From NCBI GenBank assembly GCA_045805065.1, contig JBJMMA010000221.1, positions 1 through 25,459 of the forward strand: a stretch of DNA of 25,459 bases, read 5' to 3'. Positions 1 to 9,195 of the stretch are shown piece by piece (the stretch's first letter is position 1; every line of letters begins with the position of its first letter). This stretch comes from Bdellovibrionia bacterium. GTDB lineage: Bacteria; Bdellovibrionota; UBA1018. A model generated the notes under the pieces. It worked only from the letters and a program-made list of their open reading frames with translations. It searched no databases and was not told the DNA's origin. Position numbers and translations under genes: made by a program.

Positions 1-2
1 AA

Positions 3-323
3 GAAGTCGCAAAGCGTGTCAGCGATGATGCGTCAGCAACTGCTGGCGGCGACATGGGGACGCTCAAAGAAGATCAGATGTCCCCATTGATCCGCGATCA
101 CATCAAGAATCTTAAAATCGGCGACGTCACCTCGATTTTTGGCGACGCTAAGCGCGGCTATTACATCGTCAAGCTCATGGATGTGAAAACAGGCGAGAGC
201 GATCGCTTGCAAAAAGTTCGTGATGAGATTCGTGGTCAACTCACGGCATCCGAGTATCAGCATCAGATCCAGCTCTGGCTTCAACGCCAGCGTCAGACCG
301 CTTATATTCGCCGGGCTGATTGA
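3..323 (+). CDS. 3' fragment of a parvulin-type peptidyl-prolyl isomerase (SurA-like), 5'-truncated by the window edge
   Basis: The frame is open from position 3 and reads EVAKRVSDDASATAGGDMG, matching the parvulin AxxxSxD...GGDLG motif, then GYYIVKL. It lies directly upstream of pdxA, as in the classic surA-pdxA order. Confidence 0.8.
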   Translation, partial: EVAKRVSDDASATAGGDMGTLKEDQMSPLIRDHIKNLKIGDVTSIFGDAKRGYYIVKLMDVKTGESDRLQKVRDEIRGQLTASEYQHQIQLWLQRQRQTAYIRRAD

Positions 324-333
324 GTCCTGATCC

Positions 334-1383
334 ATGCGCTCGCGTCGCCTGATTCTCATTACACCAGGGGATCCAGCAGGAATTGGGCCTGAAATCGCGG
401 CCAAAATATTTCGCGTACGCGGCCGTAAATCACTTCGGTCCCGCTACCCAGACATGCGCTTTGCTTGCGTAGGCGCTCGCGCTCCTTTTGAAAAGCTTGG
501 CACAAAGATCCTGCCTTTTGATGAAAACGTTCTAGCCCAGGATTTCGGTGACTTTGGAGATCATATCCCGCTTCTCTCGGCGCCAAGCATATCTCCCAAG
601 AAATCGATCCTACTTGAGGGTTATCAATCCGGTTGGGCCATTGAGAGAGCCACGCGGCTGATTCAAGCAGGCATGGCAAGCGCTCTGGTCACAGGTCCGA
701 TCAGCAAAGAGAGACTTCAGCGCGGTGGTTTTAAATACACAGGCCATACTGATTTCTTGGCGGATCTTTGCGGTGTTGATGAAGTCACCATGATGCTTGC
801 CAATGAGCAGCTGAGAATCTCGCTTGCCACAGTGCACATTGGTCTTAAGGATGTTCCCAAGGCTTTGACGCGTGAAAAACTCAGACGCGCCGTGCTTCAC
901 ACCGTGGACTCGCTGAAAAACTGGTGGGGAATCTCAAAGCCGCGCGTCGCGGTAGCGGCTCTGAACCCACATGCGGGTGAGGATGGCTTATTTGGTGACG
1001 AAGAAATTCGGGTGATTTCGCCTGAGATTCAGTCTCTTCAAAAAGACGCAAAGCGCAGAGGATACACTCTTGTCGGACCGCTTCCTGCCGATACGCTTTT
1101 TGCAAACCACGTCATGGCGCGTTCACAAAATCGCCCAGAAAACCGCTTTGACGCTGTGGTTTGTATGTACCACGACCAGGGTTTAATTCCTGTGAAGCTG
1201 CTTGATTTCCCGCGCACCGTCAATGTAACTTTGGGCCTGCCCATTGTTCGAACGTCGGTCGATCATGGCGTAGCTTTTGATATAGCCGGTAAGAACGTCG
1301 CTGATCCATCCAGTCTTGAATCCGCGATTGAACTGGCGGTAGATATCGTTAGAAACCAACCTCAAGTCAGGAAAAGAAAATGA
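334..1383 (+). CDS. pdxA: 4-hydroxythreonine-4-phosphate dehydrogenase
   Basis: Motifs GDPAGIGPEI, LVTGPISK, GHTDFLA, LNPHAGE, PADTLF, MYHDQGLIP and RTSVDHG. Confidence 0.96.
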   Translation: MRSRRLILITPGDPAGIGPEIAAKIFRVRGRKSLRSRYPDMRFACVGARAPFEKLGTKILPFDENVLAQDFGDFGDHIPLLSAPSISPKKSILLEGYQSGWAIERATRLIQAGMASALVTGPISKERLQRGGFKYTGHTDFLADLCGVDEVTMMLANEQLRISLATVHIGLKDVPKALTREKLRRAVLHTVDSLKNWWGISKPRVAVAALNPHAGEDGLFGDEEIRVISPEIQSLQKDAKRRGYTLVGPLPADTLFANHVMARSQNRPENRFDAVVCMYHDQGLIPVKLLDFPRTVNVTLGLPIVRTSVDHGVAFDIAGKNVADPSSLESAIELAVDIVRNQPQVRKRK

Positions 1384-2816
1384 CTCTTCAAATCCGTCCA
1401 TCCATTTTCAGAGAATATGACATCCGTGGAATCGCTGGTCGCGACTTGACGCCGGAGTTCGCTGAGTGCCTTGGCCAAGCATACTCCATGTTCATCGCTG
1501 GACGGAAACCTGTTGCAGGACGAAAGAACCTGACCGTCTCTGTGGGACGCGATTGCCGCCTCACGAGCGACAGCTACGCAGATGCTTTGATTCGCGGACT
1601 TCGCAAAGGCGGACTTGATGTCATTGATCTTGGCGTCTGCCCAACGCCACTGACTTATTTCAGCATCTTTAATCTCGACCTGGATGGCGGGATCATGGTG
1701 ACGGGTTCTCACAATCCGTCCGATTACAATGGTTTCAAGACTTGCGTTGGCAAAGACACGATCCACGGCCACCAGATCCAGGAATTCCGCGTTCTGATGG
1801 AAAAGATCGCAAAAGAAGGATTCAAGCCTGCTGCACAAGAAGGCTCTTTATCCAGCTTTGAGGTCATTCCTGCTTACACCGATTACCTGGTTAAAAACGC
1901 CAAGGGTCTTAAGCCAAAGAAGATCGTTATTGATGCAGGAAACGGAACAGCGGCAACGGTTGCGCCTAACTTGTTCCGTAAGCTTGGCGCTCAAGTCACT
2001 GAGCTTTATTGCGAGCTCGACGGCCGTTTCCCAAACCATCACCCAGATCCAACGGTTCCTGCAAACCTCAATGACCTGGTTGCAGCCGTTAAAAAAGAAA
2101 AGGCCGACTTTGGTGTCGCATTTGATGGTGACTCCGATCGTATCGGCTTAGTCGACGAGAAAGGAAAGATCCTCTTTGGCGATGAGATCATGGTTCTCTT
2201 TTCTCGCGACATCTTGCGCGACATCAAAGGCGCAACGATCATTTCTGAAGTCAAATCCAGTCACAAGCTCTACAATGACATTGCTGAAAAGGGCGGAAAT
2301 CCAATCATGTGGAAGACCGGCCACTCCCTCATCAAATCCAAGATGAAGGAAACCAAAGCCGCTTTGGCTGGCGAAATGTCCGGTCACATCTTCTTTGCTG
2401 ATCGCTACTTTGGCTATGATGACGCGATCTACGCAGCGATGCGCGTTTACGAAATCGCATCCAAAGCCTCCGGCCCGATGTCTTCGTTGCTTGCTGACCT
2501 TCCACACACGGTTTCGACCCCAGAGATTCGCGTTGATTGCGAAGAAGAAAAGAAGTTCAAGCTGGTTGAAGAAACCAAACGCCGCCTTTCTGGCTATAAG
2601 TCGACTGATATCGACGGCATTCGCGTGGATTTTGGTGATGCCTGGGGATTGGTTCGTGCATCCAACACGCAGCCTGTCTTGGTCCTTCGCTTTGAAGCTC
2701 CAAACTCCTCTCGCCTGAATGAAGTCCGTAGTATCGTCGAGCGTGCTTTGAAAGAAGCAGCCGAGACGATTGGCCACTCGCCAATCGATACTTCGGGAAG
2801 TGGAGCGGGCCACTAA
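1380..2816 (+). CDS. phosphomannomutase/phosphoglucomutase (AlgC-like)
   Basis: IFREYDIRG, catalytic TGSHNP, metal loop FDGDSDR, GEMSGH and RASNTQP. Its start overlaps the pdxA stop (ATGA). Confidence 0.95.
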   Translation: MTLQIRPSIFREYDIRGIAGRDLTPEFAECLGQAYSMFIAGRKPVAGRKNLTVSVGRDCRLTSDSYADALIRGLRKGGLDVIDLGVCPTPLTYFSIFNLDLDGGIMVTGSHNPSDYNGFKTCVGKDTIHGHQIQEFRVLMEKIAKEGFKPAAQEGSLSSFEVIPAYTDYLVKNAKGLKPKKIVIDAGNGTAATVAPNLFRKLGAQVTELYCELDGRFPNHHPDPTVPANLNDLVAAVKKEKADFGVAFDGDSDRIGLVDEKGKILFGDEIMVLFSRDILRDIKGATIISEVKSSHKLYNDIAEKGGNPIMWKTGHSLIKSKMKETKAALAGEMSGHIFFADRYFGYDDAIYAAMRVYEIASKASGPMSSLLADLPHTVSTPEIRVDCEEEKKFKLVEETKRRLSGYKSTDIDGIRVDFGDAWGLVRASNTQPVLVLRFEAPNSSRLNEVRSIVERALKEAAETIGHSPIDTSGSGAGH

Positions 2817-2856
2817 GGCTTTTAGTCCCCACGGCATAGGAAAAGTCCTTCAAAGA

Positions 2857-2865
2857 TGGTAGAAT
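2857..2865 (+). promoter_or_regulatory. possible extended -10 promoter (TG-n-TAGAAT) for uvrA
   Basis: TGGTAGAAT ends 9 nt before the ATG at 2875, within a 58-bp intergenic gap. Confidence 0.4.
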
Positions 2866-2874
2866 TGCCTTTCA

Positions 2875-5628
2875 ATGAGCAGTTCCACCACTGATGTTGC
2901 ACGTCCTAAGAAAAACTCAAAAAATACCACTCGATCAACTGGACCCGTGAAGCGCTCCGCTTTAAGATCCCGATCAGTGGCAAAAGACTCAGAAGATCCT
3001 GTAGCTCAGCAAAGTCGCGCTGCACGCCAAATGTTGGCCCAGAACGCGTCATCCGATATGGCTAATGATGAAGCGATCGTTATTCGTAACGCTCGCGTTC
3101 ACAATCTCAAGAATGTGAGCACCGTCATTCCTCGCGATAAGCTTACGGTTCTTACCGGTCCCTCTGGATCAGGAAAGAGCTCGCTTGCGTTCGATACGAT
3201 TTATGCTGAAGGCCAGCGTCGTTACGTTGAAAGTCTTTCAGCGTACGCTCGCCAGTTCTTGGAGCAACTTGGAAAGCCTGATGTTGAAGCGATTTCGGGT
3301 TTAAGCCCAACGATCTCGATTGAGCAAAGAACAACAAGCTACAACCCAAGATCCACCGTAGGCACGGTGACTGAGATCTACGATTACCTGCGCCTTCTTT
3401 ACTCGCGGATCGCAAAACCTTATTGCTACAACTGCGGAAAGCCCATCAAGTCTCAATCGCCTCAGCAGATTGTGGATTACATTTTATCGTCTGATGAAGG
3501 CACAAAGCTTTCGGTTCTTGCTCCCATCGTTCGTGGAAGAAAAGGGGAGTACCAGAAGGAACTTCTGCAGCTTCGCCAGCGCGGCTTTGTTCGCGTGCGG
3601 ATCGATGGCGAGATCTTGGATCTTTCATCTGACATCTCACTCGATAAGCAAAAGAAACACGACATTGCCGTTTATGTGGATCGCCTGATCATTAAAGGCG
3701 ATCGCGGAACGCTCGGTACACGCGTGAGCGACTCCGTTGAGCTTGCTCTCAAGCTTGCTGAAGGGCTTCTTATTCTTGAGGTTCAAAAAGGCAACGAGAC
3801 CCAGGAAATTCTCATGTCCGAGAAGTTTGCCTGTACGGATTGCCAGATCAGCTATCCAGCTCCTGAGCCAAGAACGTTTTCGTTCAATAGCCCGATGGGC
3901 GCATGCCCGACCTGCGACGGCTTAGGGATTGATCCTGAAGCTGAGGCCGAAGAAGAGCTTGAGGAAGCTGAAAGCGAAGTTGAGATCGTGGCTCGAGAGA
4001 TCACACCTGACAACTCTCCCTGCCCTGAGTGTCATGGCGATCGTCTGAGAAAAGAAAGCCTTCATTTTAAGATCGCAGAAAAAAACATTGCTGAGATCGG
4101 AAAGTTCTCCGTCATTGATCTTCATGCCTTCTTTAAGGATCTTAAGATCTCAGACCGCGAGAAGCTCATTGCTGATCGCATCTTGAAGGAGATCCATGAG
4201 CGCACTCGCTTCTTAAGTGAAGTGGGTGTGGGCTATCTCAATATGTCGCGTCCGGCGCAAACGCTCTCTGGCGGTGAGGCACAGCGTATTCGCCTGGCCA
4301 CGCAAATTGGTAGCTCCTTGGTCGGCGTTATTTACGTTCTCGATGAGCCATCGATTGGTCTTCACCAACGCGATAACAATAAGCTTATTTCGACGCTCAA
4401 ACGCCTTCGCGATCTTGGAAACACGGTTCTGGTCGTCGAGCATGATCGCGACACGATTGAAGCAGCCGATTGGGTCATTGATCTTGGTCCTGGAGCCGGC
4501 ACGCAAGGCGGCCACATTGTTTCTGAGGGAACTCTTCAGGACATTCTCAAGTCCAAGGAGAGTCTCACCGGCAAGTACTTGCGCGGCGAGTTTGAGATTG
4601 AAGTCCCTAAGAATCGTAGAAAGTGGTCCAAAGATCGCTCGATTCGAATTGAGGGCGCAAAGCAGAACAATCTGAGAGACGTGAGCTGTGATTTCCCGCT
4701 CGGCGTGTTCACTTGCGTGACGGGTGTATCGGGTAGCGGCAAGAGTACGCTTGTCATCGATACTCTTTATCGCGCGCTCGTTAAGCACCTCTATAAAGTC
4801 GATAGCGGCGATTTGAAGTTCTCCAAGATCAAAGGCCTTGAGCATATCGATAAGGTTATTGATATCGATCAAAGCCCGATCGGAAAGACTCCTCGCTCAA
4901 ATCCCGCGACTTACACGGGCCTTTTCAGCCTGATTCGCGATCTGTTTGCAAGCCTGCCCGACAGCCAGGTTCGCGGCTACAGCCCAGGACGTTACTCGTT
5001 TAACGTCAAGGGTGGTCGTTGCGAAGCTTGTGAAGGGGATGGCGTTACAAAAATTGAAATGCACTTTCTTCCGGACGTTTTTGTTCAATGTGACGTTTGT
5101 AAGGGGCGCCGTTACAATCGCGAGACGCTTGAGATTCGCTACAAGGGAAAGAACATCGCTGATGTTCTCGACATGACTGCAGCGGAAGCTTACGAGTTCT
5201 TTGATGCGATCCCAAAGCTCAAAGACAAACTCAAAGTTTTGAACGATGTAGGCTTGGGTTACATCCACTTGGGTCAGAGCGCAACGACGCTCTCGGGAGG
5301 TGAAGCTCAACGGATCAAGCTCTCCAAGGAGCTTTCTCGCCGCGGCACCGGCAAGACGATTTACATCCTGGATGAGCCATCGACAGGTCTTCACTTTGAC
5401 GACGTCAAAAAGCTTGTGAACATCCTTCAATCCCTTGTTGATCAAGGCAACTCGGTCATCGTGATTGAGCACAATCTCGACATCATCAAAGTTGCCGATC
5501 ATCTGATTGATATGGGACCAGAAGGCGGTTCAGGCGGTGGACAACTTGTCATTGCCGGCACTCCAGAAGAAGTCGCAAAAAAGAGCGGCTCTCACACTGG
5601 CGAATTCTTAAAGCCCTATCTAAAATAG
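2875..5628 (+). CDS. uvrA: excinuclease ABC subunit A, with a shortened insertion domain; alternative start at 3058
   Basis: Two ABC ATPase modules (GPSGSGKSS / [12 protein letters not shown] and GVSGSGKST / [12 protein letters not shown]), Zn-finger CxxC pairs, and an intact UvrB-binding domain ([12 protein letters not shown]...RVRIDG). Confidence 0.97.
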   Translation: MSSSTTDVARPKKNSKNTTRSTGPVKRSALRSRSVAKDSEDPVAQQSRAARQMLAQNASSDMANDEAIVIRNARVHNLKNVSTVIPRDKLTVLTGPSGSGKSSLAFDTIYAEGQRRYVESLSAYARQFLEQLGKPDVEAISGLSPTISIEQRTTSYNPRSTVGTVTEIYDYLRLLYSRIAKPYCYNCGKPIKSQSPQQIVDYILSSDEGTKLSVLAPIVRGRKGEYQKELLQLRQRGFVRVRIDGEILDLSSDISLDKQKKHDIAVYVDRLIIKGDRGTLGTRVSDSVELALKLAEGLLILEVQKGNETQEILMSEKFACTDCQISYPAPEPRTFSFNSPMGACPTCDGLGIDPEAEAEEELEEAESEVEIVAREITPDNSPCPECHGDRLRKESLHFKIAEKNIAEIGKFSVIDLHAFFKDLKISDREKLIADRILKEIHERTRFLSEVGVGYLNMSRPAQTLSGGEAQRIRLATQIGSSLVGVIYVLDEPSIGLHQRDNNKLISTLKRLRDLGNTVLVVEHDRDTIEAADWVIDLGPGAGTQGGHIVSEGTLQDILKSKESLTGKYLRGEFEIEVPKNRRKWSKDRSIRIEGAKQNNLRDVSCDFPLGVFTCVTGVSGSGKSTLVIDTLYRALVKHLYKVDSGDLKFSKIKGLEHIDKVIDIDQSPIGKTPRSNPATYTGLFSLIRDLFASLPDSQVRGYSPGRYSFNVKGGRCEACEGDGVTKIEMHFLPDVFVQCDVCKGRRYNRETLEIRYKGKNIADVLDMTAAEAYEFFDAIPKLKDKLKVLNDVGLGYIHLGQSATTLSGGEAQRIKLSKELSRRGTGKTIYILDEPSTGLHFDDVKKLVNILQSLVDQGNSVIVIEHNLDIIKVADHLIDMGPEGGSGGGQLVIAGTPEEVAKKSGSHTGEFLKPYLK

Positions 5629-5632
5629 AGGA

Positions 5633-6208
5633 ATGACAAAGCTCATTCCATATCCTTTGAAGCCTGGCGATCCGGCTCATGCACAAGGTCCCGCGGGACT
5701 CAAACTTGAGGCTGACGTCAGGCTAGAGGATTCTCAGGGTCAGAAAAAACTGGTTCTTACTTACTCCGCCGGCGGAGCGCTCAATCATATTCTCTGGCCA
5801 GCAAGCCTCTCAAGCCATCCGCAAAGGCGCGATGAGCTTTGGAAGCACACCTGCTTTGAAGCATTCATCAAGCCCGTAGGCGCAGGCTTCAAAAAAGAGT
5901 ATTGGGAAATCAATCTCTCTCCAGCAGGGGATTGGAACGTTTATCATTTTACGAACTATAGGGAAGGGATGAAGAGAGAAGAAGCAATCCACGCGCTTCA
6001 TCCGACTTTCACCAAAGACGGTGATCATTGGCGCCTAAGCTGTAGTCTCTGGGTTCCTGCTTGGTCAAAAGCAACCCAACTTGAAATCGGTCTGACTTCA
6101 GTCATTGAAGAGACATCAGGCGAGATCTCTTACTGGGCAATTCATCACGCTGGTCCACAGCCTGATTTTCACTTAGCTAAAAGCTTCAGCGCGGTTGTGT
6201 CAGTTTAA
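5633..6208 (+). CDS. DOMON-like domain protein
   Basis: The pattern RRDELWKHTCFEAF...YWEINLSPAGDWNVY.F..YR...SYWA..H...PDFH is typical of the bacterial DOMON-like family (recognised from memory). Confidence 0.75.
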   Translation: MTKLIPYPLKPGDPAHAQGPAGLKLEADVRLEDSQGQKKLVLTYSAGGALNHILWPASLSSHPQRRDELWKHTCFEAFIKPVGAGFKKEYWEINLSPAGDWNVYHFTNYREGMKREEAIHALHPTFTKDGDHWRLSCSLWVPAWSKATQLEIGLTSVIEETSGEISYWAIHHAGPQPDFHLAKSFSAVVSV

Positions 6209-6568
6209 GCTGGCTTTAAAGACTGGCAGATTTTGAATTGAGAATTTGGGCAGGCTTTGAAGAGGTTGATTCAAAAGCTGCTGAGTTGGAATCTGGGAAT
6301 GTGATTCGTTAACGGCTTTTTGAGCACTCAGGGCATCCGAATTCTGCCACTCAAGTCGGTCTAGGGCCGAGTATCGCTCTTTCTCGATGCCGCGTTTATT
6401 GGGATTAGTCTCGGGCTTGAACTCGACCTTAAACTCATCATCCGAAGATGCTGTTTTCCGAACCAACCCCAAATCAATCGTCTTGGACTTCTTGCTGACA
6501 GAAGCCATTGAAGACTGACTCAAGAGCACAGCACTCATGAGTAATAGGTTGGACGAAAAGCGGAGCAT
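6200..6568 (-). CDS. hypothetical secreted protein
   Basis: 122-aa ORF with an ATG start and a Sec-type signal peptide (MLRFSSNLLLMSAVLLSQSSMA). It overlaps the convergent upstream gene by 9 bp. Confidence 0.6.
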   Translation of the reverse strand: MLRFSSNLLLMSAVLLSQSSMASVSKKSKTIDLGLVRKTASSDDEFKVEFKPETNPNKRGIEKERYSALDRLEWQNSDALSAQKAVNESHSQIPTQQLLNQPLQSLPKFSIQNLPVFKASLN

Positions 6569-6609
6569 TTGAACCTATTTTAACATGCCGCTTGCTGCGG
6601 GGCAGCAAC

Positions 6610-6645
6610 AAAAAGAGCCGCCCTGAACAAACTCGGAGCGGCTCT
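6610..6645 (-). terminator. intrinsic terminator downstream of 6667..7301
   Basis: Minus-strand RNA AGAGCCGCUCCGAG-UUUG-UUCAGGGCGGCUCU followed by a U tract. Confidence 0.8.
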
Positions 6646-6666
6646 AACAAAATCTATTTAATTATA

Positions 6667-7047
6667 TTACTTGATAAGATGACATGAGAGCGCAACAGAG
6701 GCTGCATTTCCCTTTTCGCTCAAAGCCATGGTCTTCACTTCCATGAAAGGAGGAAGGTTCTTCAGTTCCACCGGAACAAGAACGCTTGCGGCAGCAATAG
6801 GCTCTTCCGCTACATCAAGAACTCTGAGTGACAGGAAGTTGCTACGACGGCTCCAGCCTGCTGCGATGTAGGCTCCATCGAATTTATCGGCTGGCAGTCG
6901 ATAAATGCCGTAATCTTCCTTATCAAAAGGCAGAGCCAAGTTAGATGCGTAGGTCTTATCATCGACCTTCAATTCGCAGTTATAAAGGGGTGCCGCGATT
7001 GAGCTCGACGCTGCAAGAAGCGCTGAAAGAGTAAGGAAGTTTTTCAT
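6667..7047 (-). CDS. hypothetical secreted protein (two Cys, near the N and C termini)
   Basis: 126 aa with signal peptide MKNFLTLSALLAASSSIAA. It has an ATGA overlap with the upstream gene. Confidence 0.7.
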   Translation of the reverse strand: MKNFLTLSALLAASSSIAAPLYNCELKVDDKTYASNLALPFDKEDYGIYRLPADKFDGAYIAAGWSRRSNFLSLRVLDVAEEPIAAASVLVPVELKNLPPFMEVKTMALSEKGNAASVALSCHLIK

Positions 7048-7301
7048 TCGCCTGTCCCTTCGCTTGAAGGTCCACCAACTGATGCCTCATGCTTTTTGAC
7101 CTTAGGTTTATGATGCTTCTTAGCTTTCTTGTTCTGGCTCTCAGAAGCTTTTACTTGGTTCATGTCCTCACGCTTAATGAGGCTCGTATCGAGAGGCTCT
7201 TTCTTTTCATTCGTTAAGGCTTGGTCATCTGCCAAAGCAACATGTCCGGCTTGAGCCAGCAGAACTCCAACCAACACTGCAAAAATCTGAATCGATTTCA
7301 T
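7044..7301 (-). CDS. hypothetical secreted Lys-rich small protein
   Basis: The likely start is the ATG at 7301, preceded by the SD AAGGAG. A signal peptide (MKSIQIFAVLVGVLLAQAGHVALA) is followed by a K/H-rich tail. Confidence 0.7.
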   Translation of the reverse strand: MKSIQIFAVLVGVLLAQAGHVALADDQALTNEKKEPLDTSLIKREDMNQVKASESQNKKAKKHHKPKVKKHEASVGGPSSEGTGE

Positions 7302-7361
7302 ATTGGTCTCCTTAGTTTGAACCTGGCTCGATAGTAAGGGTCTCACGTCGAGTTATAAAAT

Positions 7362-7400
7362 AAAAAAAGAGCCGCCCCCAGTTTCCCGAGAGCGGCTCTT
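7362..7400 (-). terminator. intrinsic terminator after atpE
   Basis: Minus-strand RNA AAGAGCCGCUCUCGG-GAAA-CUGGGGGCGGCUCUU with a U7 tract. Confidence 0.88.
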
Positions 7401-7428
7401 CCCTGTATCCGTTTACAGCTCGATCGAA

Positions 7429-7740
7429 TTAGACCGTGATCTTAACGAATGCGATAACGAATGCGTAAAGAACGAGGGATTCGATCAGAGCGAGACCGAT
7501 AATCATTGGCACGAAGATTTTGCCTTGAGCGGCAGGGTTACGTGCGATGCCTTCGAGAGCTGCTGCAGCGGTGCGGCCTTGAGCAAGAGCTCCGCCGAAT
7601 GCTGCAACGCTGATGGCGATAGCGGCAGCGAGGCCGCCGAACTGATTGCCGCCGGCAGCTGCTGCGCCTTCCTGAGCGAAAGCTGCGGTAGCGCCGAAGA
7701 AAACCATAGCTAGGGACAGAATCGTCATCATCTTTTTCAT
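7429..7740 (-). CDS. atpE: F0F1 ATP synthase subunit c, with an N-terminal signal-like extension
   Basis: Loop IARNP, carboxylate in ALIESLVLY, a Gly/Ala-rich first helix, and position directly after atpB. Confidence 0.95.
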   Translation of the reverse strand: MKKMMTILSLAMVFFGATAAFAQEGAAAAGGNQFGGLAAAIAISVAAFGGALAQGRTAAAALEGIARNPAAQGKIFVPMIIGLALIESLVLYAFVIAFVKITV

Positions 7741-7754
7741 GAAAAAATTTCCTT

Positions 7755-8462
7755 TCAGTGATCGTGAGCTGTGGACAGGGAAATATATACCATCGTCATC
7801 AAAACGAAGACGAAGGCTTGAATAAAGGCTACAAACACTCCAATCCCGTAGAAAATTACAGGGAGGAGGTAAGGAACCAAACCGCTAAAAACGCTAAGAA
7901 CCACGTGGTCGCCCATGATGTTTCCGCGCAAACGAAGCGCCAAGGAAAGTGGGCGGAAGATATGAGATGCCAATTCGATGATCAGCATCAGTGGTGCGAG
8001 CCAAAGCATTGGGCCCAGGAAGTGTTTCAGGTAACCGATGCCGTTCGCGCGAAGACCGACGTAGTTGTAATAAAGAAACACAAAAACGCCCAATGCGGTC
8101 GTCGTGTTCATGTTGTCGGTTGGAGGCAGAAGGCCTGGGATCAACCCAATAATGTTGCAGGTGAAGATGAATACGAAAAGTGATCCAATGACTGGGAAGT
8201 ACAATGGAGCGTCATGGCTGCCGATTACGCTCTCGGTAAGGCCGTAGAGCTTTTCAGCCAAGATTTCGAAGAAGTTTTTATAAGTCATCTTCGCATCAGG
8301 AATCAGTCCGCCGTCTTTCGCTACCACGCGTTTCATTTGAGCCGCAGCGACAAAGGTCGTGAGGATCAAAAGCACGCCGATAATGGCGGACATGACGACG
8401 TGATTAAGTTCCTCATTAACTCCAAAGAGACCTAACCAAGAAAAGTGATGTGACCCATGCAT
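7755..8462 (-). CDS. atpB: F0F1 ATP synthase subunit a
   Basis: [29 protein letters not shown] (conserved Arg) and [15 protein letters not shown]. Confidence 0.96.
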   Translation of the reverse strand: MHGSHHFSWLGLFGVNEELNHVVMSAIIGVLLILTTFVAAAQMKRVVAKDGGLIPDAKMTYKNFFEILAEKLYGLTESVIGSHDAPLYFPVIGSLFVFIFTCNIIGLIPGLLPPTDNMNTTTALGVFVFLYYNYVGLRANGIGYLKHFLGPMLWLAPLMLIIELASHIFRPLSLALRLRGNIMGDHVVLSVFSGLVPYLLPVIFYGIGVFVAFIQAFVFVLMTMVYISLSTAHDH

Positions 8463-8469
8463 AATGGAC

Positions 8470-8922
8470 TTAACCTAAACTTGTTTTTTGCGTGAGGTAC
8501 CAAACCACCCCTCCTGCCAGAGGAACAACGACCAGAGTTGAGATGCCTGTAATCAGGCCAACTACTGGAATTCCTGCGGGAAGGTGGCTACCTTTCACCA
8601 AAATAGTTCCACAAATTAGGATGCAAGCTATCTTAAGAGCTCCCCAATAGGAAGTACGAATTACTGAAAAAATGCGTTTTCCTGGGTCTTGATCCCTTTG
8701 AAGTTCAAAGACGTAGTAGAAAAGTTTGGCGATCGCGAGCAAATCGAGCAAAGAAATGAACGTCAGACGCAGCATCCAGATCAAGGCGCGCTGGGCCTCG
8801 TCAGGATTGGGTGAGAGCCAAAAGCATAAAATGGCGCTGAAAATGACCCAAATTACCGCGCAAGCGATGAAGGGCAATAGGTTTTTGCGATCCAGCTGCG
8901 GGATCTCAGATGGTACTTCCAT
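8470..8922 (-). CDS. 4-TM membrane protein, probable ATP synthase protein I (AtpI-like)
   Basis: Four hydrophobic segments, in the position immediately upstream of atpB. Confidence 0.55.
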   Translation of the reverse strand: MEVPSEIPQLDRKNLLPFIACAVIWVIFSAILCFWLSPNPDEAQRALIWMLRLTFISLLDLLAIAKLFYYVFELQRDQDPGKRIFSVIRTSYWGALKIACILICGTILVKGSHLPAGIPVVGLITGISTLVVVPLAGGVVWYLTQKTSLG

Positions 8923-8928
8923 GAATTG

Positions 8929-9180
8929 TTAGCCTTTGCGATTGTCATCGCCCAACTGGGAGGCACGATACAAGCGGTAAAACGCGAGGCATAATCCGAT
9001 CATACTGGTCAAAATAATGATCAAAAACGGGGCTCCCCAGTGCTTCCACGCCCAATATCCGGAACCAATTCCCAGGCCCGTGCAGACTAGAAGATCCGTA
9101 ATGATGTAGCTGAAAAGCCCCAGACTTCGGATCCAGTTCTTTCTGTCTTCAGAGTTATTCGTGTCTTGAGGTTCAGTCAT
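8929..9180 (-). CDS. AtpZ/AtpI family (ATPase gene 1) 2-TM protein
   Basis: Two TM helices with G.GIG.GYW....WG.PF and G...AFY..YR, upstream of atpI/atpB. ATG at 9180, with an alternative TTG at 9189. Confidence 0.75.
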   Translation of the reverse strand: MTEPQDTNNSEDRKNWIRSLGLFSYIITDLLVCTGLGIGSGYWAWKHWGAPFLIIILTSMIGLCLAFYRLYRASQLGDDNRKG

Positions 9181-9195
9181 TGGATTCAACCGGAT

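Noticed and set aside
6592..6608. TTGCTGC-GGG-GCAGCAA palindrome upstream of the 6568 gene
   Set aside because: A single 7-bp stem next to the terminator tail, with no second copy noticed to support an operator role.
7302..7346. Longer start for the 7044 ORF
   Set aside because: The ATG at 7301 has a good SD (AAGGAG) and begins the signal peptide.
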